In this document: positions 57,989 through 64,000 of the stretch, piece after piece
Numbering within the stretch: the stretch's first letter is position 1
Layout of the letters: every line of letters begins with the position of its first letter
Assembly (NCBI GenBank): GCA_023229685.1
Contig: JALNYT010000008.1
Coordinates: forward strand, 51,817 to 115,816
Direction of reading: 5' to 3'
Length of the DNA: 64,000 bases
From: Sulfuritalea sp.
GTDB lineage: Bacteria; Pseudomonadota; Gammaproteobacteria; Burkholderiales; Rhodocyclaceae
The notes under the pieces: generated by a model
Seen by the model: only the letters and a program-made list of their open reading frames with translations
Databases searched by the model: none
Told to the model about the DNA's origin: nothing
Translations under genes and position numbers: made by a program

Positions 57989-59950
57989 ATGCGTTATGGA
58001 GAAATAGGTTTCGATTTGGAAGTGAACCTCTCGCGAGGCAGCATCGACCGGGTGGAGACCGACCCGAACGACACCAAGCTGTACCTTGGGGGCCTCGGCA
58101 CCAATGCCAAGATCATGTGGGACCGGGTGCCGGCCGAGACCGATGCCTTTTCCGAGGACAACCTGCTGATCTTCAGCAGCGGCCTGCTTTGCGGCACCGC
58201 GGCGCCGGGCAGCAATCGCACCATCGTGTCGACCATATCGCCGCAGACGAAGCTGATGGCCTATTCGATGATGGGCGGCTTCTTTGCGCCCGAGCTCAAG
58301 TATGCCGGTTACGACAAGGTCATCATCAGCGGCAAGTCGGAAGAACTGGTCTATCTGTGGATCCACAATGACAAGGTCGAGATTCGGGACGCCTCGCATC
58401 TGAAGGGCATGGGCGCCACCGCGACCTCGGAGGCGATCCGCACGGAATTGAAGGATCCGGACATCCAGGTGGCGGCTATCGGCCTGGCCGGAGAGAACCG
58501 GGTCTTTTACGCCTCGATCGAGCAGGGCCGCTCTTCGGCGTCGCGCGGCGGCATCGGCGCCGTGATGGGCGACAAGGGCCTCAAGGCGATCGCCGTGCGC
58601 GGCACCAAGGACATCAACGTTGCCGACCCGGCCAAGTACATGGAACTGTGCGACGACGTGCTGAAGTACATCAAGTTCCGCGGCGAGAATCCGATCAAGG
58701 GTGTGCCGCCGATTCTGCAGGGTCTCGGCTCGCCGCAGGAAATGGCCATCGTCGATGAGGAGTGGCACACCACCAACTTCACCTGGGGCAACTCGCGCAC
58801 CCGGCGCAAGGACTTCTGGACTCATGAGATCGAACAGAAGTGGAAGCAAACCCAGGAAAACGTACGCACGCGGCTGATCAGTTGCCACAACTGCCCGATG
58901 AAGTGCGGCGCCACCATCTCCGTGCCGGGTCTGCCCACCTACATGATGAAGTGCTACTCGAAGCTGACTTACACCATGGCGGCTTTTTCGGACCTGGACT
59001 TCGGCTTCAGGATCGCGCAGAAGGCTACCGAGTACGGCGTCGACGGCTTTTCCGCACCGCAGGCGATGGCTTTCGGCCTCGAACTGCTGGAAGCCGGCAT
59101 CCTTACCCTGGAAGACTTTCCCGGCATGCCGGAAGACACCGAGGGCCGCTTCTTCTACCTGCTGGACAAGATCGTTCGCCGCGAAGGCATCGGCGACTAT
59201 CTGGCCGACGGCACCTACTGGGCAGCGCGGCGCATCGGCAAGGGCGCGGAGAAGTTCGACCACAATACCATCAAGAAGCACGAGCAGCTGCCGCTCAAGC
59301 TGGGCATGCTGAATCCGGTGTATTACCTGATGTACTCGACCGGCGAGAAGATCAACATCACCCAGATCGAAGGCCAGTTCCCGCAGGAGCCCTTCGCCAC
59401 CCGCGAGTTGCGCGAGGAGTTCGTCAAGGACTGGTTCCAGGTGCCCGACGAGAAGTTCAAGAAGTACTACGCCGACTGGGAGCCGCGCGGCGAGATGTCG
59501 AACCCCTACTACCCCACGCCGCAGATGGCCAGCGAGATCGTCGACTGGATGGAGAAGATGCACTACATCGACGATGCCCTCGGCATGTGCGCCGGCCTGT
59601 CGTCCTTCCCGCTCAAGCCGCCGTATCACATCCACAACTATCCCGAGTTCGTCACCGCCGCGACCGGCATCAAGATGACCAAGGACGATGTCTGGAAGTC
59701 GGCGACCCGCACCCGCACCCTGATGCGCGCCCTCAACGTGCGCCGCGGCATGCGCCGCACCGACGACAAGCCGCCGGAGGACCACTGGAGGAAGCGCTTC
59801 CCCGATCTGGAAAAGGAACTGCTGGACAACTACTACAAGCTGAAGGGTTTCAACGATCAGGGCATACCCACCAAGGAATCCCTGGAGGATCTGGAAATGG
59901 GTTTCGTGGCCGAGGAATTCGAGCAGAAAGGAATCTACAGCAATGGCTAA
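57989..59950 (+). CDS. bamB: Aldehyde:ferredoxin-oxidoreductase-family tungsten enzyme, BamB-like (class II benzoyl-CoA reductase active-site subunit)
   Basis: 653 aa. LYLGGLGTNAKIMWDRVP, ISCHNCPMKCGATIS, MMKCYSKLTYTMAAFSDLDFG, INITQIEGQFPQ and GLSSFPLKPPYHIHNYPEF closely match my recollection of Geobacter BamB. Confidence 0.8.
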   Translation: MRYGEIGFDLEVNLSRGSIDRVETDPNDTKLYLGGLGTNAKIMWDRVPAETDAFSEDNLLIFSSGLLCGTAAPGSNRTIVSTISPQTKLMAYSMMGGFFAPELKYAGYDKVIISGKSEELVYLWIHNDKVEIRDASHLKGMGATATSEAIRTELKDPDIQVAAIGLAGENRVFYASIEQGRSSASRGGIGAVMGDKGLKAIAVRGTKDINVADPAKYMELCDDVLKYIKFRGENPIKGVPPILQGLGSPQEMAIVDEEWHTTNFTWGNSRTRRKDFWTHEIEQKWKQTQENVRTRLISCHNCPMKCGATISVPGLPTYMMKCYSKLTYTMAAFSDLDFGFRIAQKATEYGVDGFSAPQAMAFGLELLEAGILTLEDFPGMPEDTEGRFFYLLDKIVRREGIGDYLADGTYWAARRIGKGAEKFDHNTIKKHEQLPLKLGMLNPVYYLMYSTGEKINITQIEGQFPQEPFATRELREEFVKDWFQVPDEKFKKYYADWEPRGEMSNPYYPTPQMASEIVDWMEKMHYIDDALGMCAGLSSFPLKPPYHIHNYPEFVTAATGIKMTKDDVWKSATRTRTLMRALNVRRGMRRTDDKPPEDHWRKRFPDLEKELLDNYYKLKGFNDQGIPTKESLEDLEMGFVAEEFEQKGIYSNG

Positions 59951-60485
59951 GGTCAAGAAAATCGTCAAGTCCATCACCATTGACGCCGACAAGTGCAACG
60001 GCTGCAAGGCCTGCGAGGTGATCTGCTCTTCCTGGCACGCGACCCCGCGCTACAGCAGCAACAATCCGGCGCGCTCGCGCATCCGCATAGTGCGCCTGCC
60101 GCTGCGGGACATCTACCTGCCGGTCTACGCCGGCGAGTACACCGAGTCGGAGTGCACCGGCCGCGACAAGTACATCATCGACGGCAAGGAATACAACGAG
60201 TGCGACTTCTGCCGCGCTTCCTGCCCCTCGCGCGACCTGTTCAAGGAGCCCGACTCCGGGCTGCCGCTGAAGTGCGACATGTGCGAGGAAACACCGGCGC
60301 TGGCGCAGCCCAAGTGCGTCGAGTGGTGCCACGCCGAGGCGCTGATCTACGTCGAGCGCGAAGAGGAAGTCGAGGAAGACGAGCAGCCCAAGCTGGGTGA
60401 CATCGAGATCGGCCTGGGATCGATGATCGACAAGTACGGCCTGCAGCAGGTGCTGGATACGGTCGCCAGAATGGCGAAGCCGTAA
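59943..60485 (+). CDS. bamC: Fe-S cluster subunit, BamC-like
   Basis: CNGCKACEVIC, CDFCRASCP and CDMCEE...CVEWC motifs. 8-nt overlap with bamB. Confidence 0.75.
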   Translation: MAKVKKIVKSITIDADKCNGCKACEVICSSWHATPRYSSNNPARSRIRIVRLPLRDIYLPVYAGEYTESECTGRDKYIIDGKEYNECDFCRASCPSRDLFKEPDSGLPLKCDMCEETPALAQPKCVEWCHAEALIYVEREEEVEEDEQPKLGDIEIGLGSMIDKYGLQQVLDTVARMAKP

Positions 60486-60517
60486 TGCGTCCGACCAACC
60501 AACAGGGTCAGTAAAGC

Positions 60518-61672
60518 ATGGAAACCGTAGCCCCCCAAAAAGAGATCATCGACGCGATCAAGGCAAGCGGCGGCGATGCTTTCAAATCCTGTTACCAGTG
60601 CGGCATGTGCGACACCGTCTGCCCGTGGAACCGGGTCAGCAAGTTCAGCATGCGCAAGATCGTGCGCGAGGCCACTTTCGGCCTGACCGAGATCGACAGC
60701 GAGGAAATCTGGCGCTGCACGACCTGCGGCAAATGCCCGCAGGTCTGTCCGCGGGACGTCAAGCAGATCGAGTCGGGCATCGCACTGCGCCGCATCGCCA
60801 CCGAATACGACGTCTTTCCCGGCGGCGCGGCGCCGATTCCGGGCGTCTCCGCCGGACTCCGGGCGGAGGGCAATCCCTTCGGCGAGCAGCGTTCGAAGCG
60901 TGCCGACTGGGCCAAGGACCTGGGCGTCAAGCGTTTCGAGGAGGGCATGGAGATCCTGTATTCCCCTGGTTGCTACCTGTCCTATGACCCGCGCGGCAAG
61001 AAGATCGCCAAGGCCACGGTGGAAATTTTGCAGAAGGCCGGTGTCGACTTCGGCATTCTCGGCACCGACGAGAGCTGTTGCGGCGAGAGCATCCGCAAGA
61101 CCGGCGACGAGAAGCTGTTCAAGACCCTGGCACGGCAGAACATCCGCAACTTCGTCGACAACGGCGTCACCAAGATCCTCGTGTCGTCACCGCACTGCTA
61201 TCACAGCTTCAAGAACGAATACCGCGAGTTCAAGGTGAATTTCGAGGTGATCCATATCACCGAATTCCTGCACCAGCTGATCAGTGAAGGCCGGCTGAAG
61301 CTGACCAAGGAAGTTGCCAAGAACGTCACCTACCACGATCCCTGCTATCTCGGACGCCACAACGGCGTCTACGACGAGCCGCGCGAAGCGTTGAAGAGCG
61401 TGCCCGGCCTGCAGTTGACCGAGATGGCCGAGTCGCGCAAGAACAGCTTCTGCTGCGGCGGCGGCGGCGGTCGCATCTGGATGGAAACGCCCAAGGGCGA
61501 ACGCTTCTCCGACCTGCGCCTGGAGCAGGCCGTGGGCACAGGGGCGCAGATCATGGTGACGGCCTGCCCGTATTGCACCACCAATTTCGAGGACAGCCGC
61601 CTGAGCCGGCCCGACGGGGGTGCCTCGATCGAGATCAAGGACATCACCGAAATCATTCGCGAAGCGATCTAG
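60518..61672 (+). CDS. bamD: HdrD-like heterodisulfide-reductase-type subunit, BamD-like
   Basis: Two ferredoxin motifs (CYQCGMCDTVCP, CTTCGKCPQVCP) and two CCG domains (ESCCGES, FCCGGGGG...CPYC). Confidence 0.75.
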   Translation: METVAPQKEIIDAIKASGGDAFKSCYQCGMCDTVCPWNRVSKFSMRKIVREATFGLTEIDSEEIWRCTTCGKCPQVCPRDVKQIESGIALRRIATEYDVFPGGAAPIPGVSAGLRAEGNPFGEQRSKRADWAKDLGVKRFEEGMEILYSPGCYLSYDPRGKKIAKATVEILQKAGVDFGILGTDESCCGESIRKTGDEKLFKTLARQNIRNFVDNGVTKILVSSPHCYHSFKNEYREFKVNFEVIHITEFLHQLISEGRLKLTKEVAKNVTYHDPCYLGRHNGVYDEPREALKSVPGLQLTEMAESRKNSFCCGGGGGRIWMETPKGERFSDLRLEQAVGTGAQIMVTACPYCTTNFEDSRLSRPDGGASIEIKDITEIIREAI

Positions 61673-61686
61673 GCGAGGACATCAAA

Positions 61687-64000
61687 GTGGAATTCGGACT
61701 CTTACAGCAGCAATGGAACACGCAGAATGTCCTGCGTCCGGCCGACGACAACATGGGCGACGTGATGGTCGTCGGCGGCGGCATCAGCGGCATCCAGGCA
61801 GCGCTCGACCTGTCGGCAGAGGGTTACAAGGTCTACCTGGTGGAGAAGTCGCCGACCGTTGGCGGCAAGATGTCGCAACTGGACAAGACCTTCCCCACCA
61901 ATGACTGCTCGATGTGCATCGAGTCGCCGAAGTTCATCGAAACCGACCGGCAGCCGAACATCCAGCTGATGACCTACACCGACGTCGACAGCGTCGAGGG
62001 CGAGCCCGGAGACTTCACCGTCACCCTGCTGAAGAAGCCGCGCTACGTCATCGAGGACAAGTGCACCGGGTGCACGGTTTGCGTCGAGTACTGCCCGGTC
62101 AAGATCCCTGATCCGTTCAACCAGGACCTGTCGCTGAACAAGGCGGTGCACATCTACTTTTCGCAGGCCGTGCCGCTGGTCACCTACATCGACGAAAGCT
62201 GCCTGTTCCTCAAGGACAAGACCTGCTCGATCTGCCAGACCGTCTGCGAGAACGATGCCATCGACTTTGGCCAGAAGGCAGAGAAGGTCAAGATCAAGGT
62301 CGGCGCCATCATCCTGTCGCCCGGCTACGAAACCTTCGACCCCTTGCCGCGCAACGATTACGGCTACGGCCAGTTCGCCAACGTGGTCACCAGCATGGAC
62401 TTCGAGCGCCTGCTGTGCTCTACCGGTCCGCACGAGGGCCAGATCCTGCGTCCCTCGGACAAGAAGCATCCGAAAAAGATCGCCTGGATCCACTGCGTCG
62501 GTTCGCGCCAGGTGAATCCGACCGGCGCCAACAGCTATTGCTCGGCGGTGTGCTGCTCCTACACGCAGAAGCAGGTGATCCTGGCCAAGGACCACCTGCC
62601 CGATCTCCATGCCAAGATTTTCCACAATGACATCCGCTCCTACGGCAAGGACTTCGAGCGTTTCTACCAGCGTGCGCAGAAACTGCCCGACGTGCATTTC
62701 ATCCGCAGCTACGTGTCGGTCGGCAGCGAAGACCCCGTCACCGGAGACGTGTCCATTCGCTACACGACACCGGACGGAGTGGTCGAGGAGTTCTTCGAAC
62801 TGGTGGTGCTCTCGGTGGGCCTGGCCCCGCCCAAGGATGCCCAGCGCTTCTCCAAGGTTTTCGACATCGAGCTCAACCGCCACGGCTTCTGCAAGGTCGA
62901 TCCCTTCAATCCGCTGCAGACCAGCCGTCCCGGCATATTCACCAGCGGCGCCTTCCAGGGCCCGATGGACATTCCCGAAGCGGTGATGGGCGCCAGCGGC
63001 GCCAGTGCCCTGGCCTCCAACCTCCTCATGTCGCGGCGCGGACAGTTGAACGAGGAGCGGGTGTATCCGGAAGAGAAGGACGTCTCCGAAGAGGAAGCCA
63101 GGGTCGGCGTCTTCGTCTGTCGCTGCGGCGCCAACATCGGCCGCGTGGTGGACGTGCCGGGCATCGCCGAGTACGCCAAGGGACTGCCCAACGTGGTGCA
63201 CGTCGAGGAAAGCCTGTTCGCCTGCGCTACCAATACCGCCAAGGCGATCTCGGACACCATCCGCGACAAGGGACTGAACCGGGTGGTGGTGGCCGCCTGC
63301 ACGCCGCGCACGCACGAGCCGCTGTTCCGCGACACCCTGCGCGAGGCCGGCGTCAACCAGTATTTCTTCGACATGGCCAACATCCGCGAGCACTGCACCT
63401 GGGTGCACTCCAAGGAGCAGGAAGCCGCGACGGAGAAGGCCAAGGACATCGTGCGCATGTCGGTGGCGCGGGCCGGCAAGCTGGAGCCGCTGGACGAGTT
63501 CTCGCTGCCGGTGGACAAGACCGCGCTGGTGGTCGGCGGCGGCGTCGCCGGCATGACCAGCGCCCATACCCTGGCTGAGCAGGGCTACGAGACCTACCTG
63601 ATCGAGAAGGCCTCTGATCTGGGCGGTGTCGCCAACCGCATGCACTACACGCTCGAGGGCATGGACGTGCAGGCCTTCGTCAAGGACCTCAAGAAGAAGG
63701 TCTACCGGCACCCGCGGATTCACGCCATTACCGATGCCGCCGTCGTGCATGTCGACGGCTACGTCGGCAATTTCAGCACCACGGTCAAATCCAAGGGCCG
63801 GGTGCGGACCATCAAGCACGGCGCGGCCATCATCGCCACCGGCGCCGCCGAGTACAAGCCGACCGAGTATTTGTACGGCGAGAACGACAAGGTGATGACC
63901 CTGCTGGAGATGGAAGGCAAGCTCGCCAAGCAGGACGAAAAGCTGATGGCGGCGGACAGCATGGTGATGATCCAGTGCGTCGGCTGCCGCAACGAGGATC
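61687..64000 (+). CDS. bamE: HdrA-like FAD/Fe-S flavoprotein, BamE-like (3' end outside window)
   Basis: Not in the track because no stop occurs before the window edge. My hand translation of frame 1 from GTG 61687 is open throughout. Motifs: VVGGGISGIQAALDL, CTGCTVCVEYCP, CSICQTVCEN, and a second Rossmann LVVGGGVAGMTSAH. Confidence 0.8.
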   Translation, partial: MEFGLLQQQWNTQNVLRPADDNMGDVMVVGGGISGIQAALDLSAEGYKVYLVEKSPTVGGKMSQLDKTFPTNDCSMCIESPKFIETDRQPNIQLMTYTDVDSVEGEPGDFTVTLLKKPRYVIEDKCTGCTVCVEYCPVKIPDPFNQDLSLNKAVHIYFSQAVPLVTYIDESCLFLKDKTCSICQTVCENDAIDFGQKAEKVKIKVGAIILSPGYETFDPLPRNDYGYGQFANVVTSMDFERLLCSTGPHEGQILRPSDKKHPKKIAWIHCVGSRQVNPTGANSYCSAVCCSYTQKQVILAKDHLPDLHAKIFHNDIRSYGKDFERFYQRAQKLPDVHFIRSYVSVGSEDPVTGDVSIRYTTPDGVVEEFFELVVLSVGLAPPKDAQRFSKVFDIELNRHGFCKVDPFNPLQTSRPGIFTSGAFQGPMDIPEAVMGASGASALASNLLMSRRGQLNEERVYPEEKDVSEEEARVGVFVCRCGANIGRVVDVPGIAEYAKGLPNVVHVEESLFACATNTAKAISDTIRDKGLNRVVVAACTPRTHEPLFRDTLREAGVNQYFFDMANIREHCTWVHSKEQEAATEKAKDIVRMSVARAGKLEPLDEFSLPVDKTALVVGGGVAGMTSAHTLAEQGYETYLIEKASDLGGVANRMHYTLEGMDVQAFVKDLKKKVYRHPRIHAITDAAVVHVDGYVGNFSTTVKSKGRVRTIKHGAAIIATGAAEYKPTEYLYGENDKVMTLLEMEGKLAKQDEKLMAADSMVMIQCVGCRNED

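Noticed and set aside
57965-60007. 680-aa minus-strand ORF
   Set aside because: Antisense shadow of the BamB-like gene, a typical high-GC artefact.
61702-63819. 705-aa minus-strand ORF in the track
   Set aside because: It is an antisense shadow of the HdrA/BamE-like plus-strand gene. It has Arg/Gly/His/Leu-rich low-complexity composition and no motifs, while the plus frame carries clear FAD and Fe-S motifs.
1-64000. rRNA, tRNA, tmRNA, prophage, IS transposase or integrase genes
   Set aside because: Scanning the intergenic regions by eye found none. A covariance-model scan (tRNAscan-SE, Infernal) would be needed to exclude small RNAs.

Overview
High-GC chromosomal segment whose housekeeping gene order looks betaproteobacterial (Rhodocyclales-like; inferred from gene order and protein motifs only). 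About 80 features are called. The conserved backbone is yceD-rpmF-plsX-fabHDG-acpP-fabF, then nadB divergent from rpoE-rseABC-degP, then lepA-lepB-rnc-era-recO-pdxJ-acpS-nagZ, then moeA/moaA, an Mla-like ABC system and a MacAB-like ABC system. Five things stand out. (1) A complete selenoneine-type cluster: EgtB-like senA, SelD-associated glycosyltransferase senB, selD/senC, plus egtD. (2) A two-cassette integron array with readable attC sites and no integrase in the window (CALIN), inserted between nagZ and a DMT transporter. It carries a Kdo-hydroxylase-like dioxygenase and an uncharacterised PLD/HKD-like protein. (3) A roughly 5 kb AT-richer island after the ABC permeases, with a dihaem cytochrome c5 fusion, a DUF3330 protein, small orphan exported proteins and a gene remnant. 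(4) A tungsten-type class II benzoyl-CoA reductase module (TetR, bamB, bamC, bamD, bamE-like) that runs off the 3' edge. (5) Two families of palindromic intergenic repeats, and an 86-bp insertion with a 17-bp direct repeat at the fabD start. No rRNA, tRNA or CRISPR array was seen. Many long antisense ORFs in the track are high-GC shadows of real genes. All family assignments rest on reading motifs and on recall; no searches were run.
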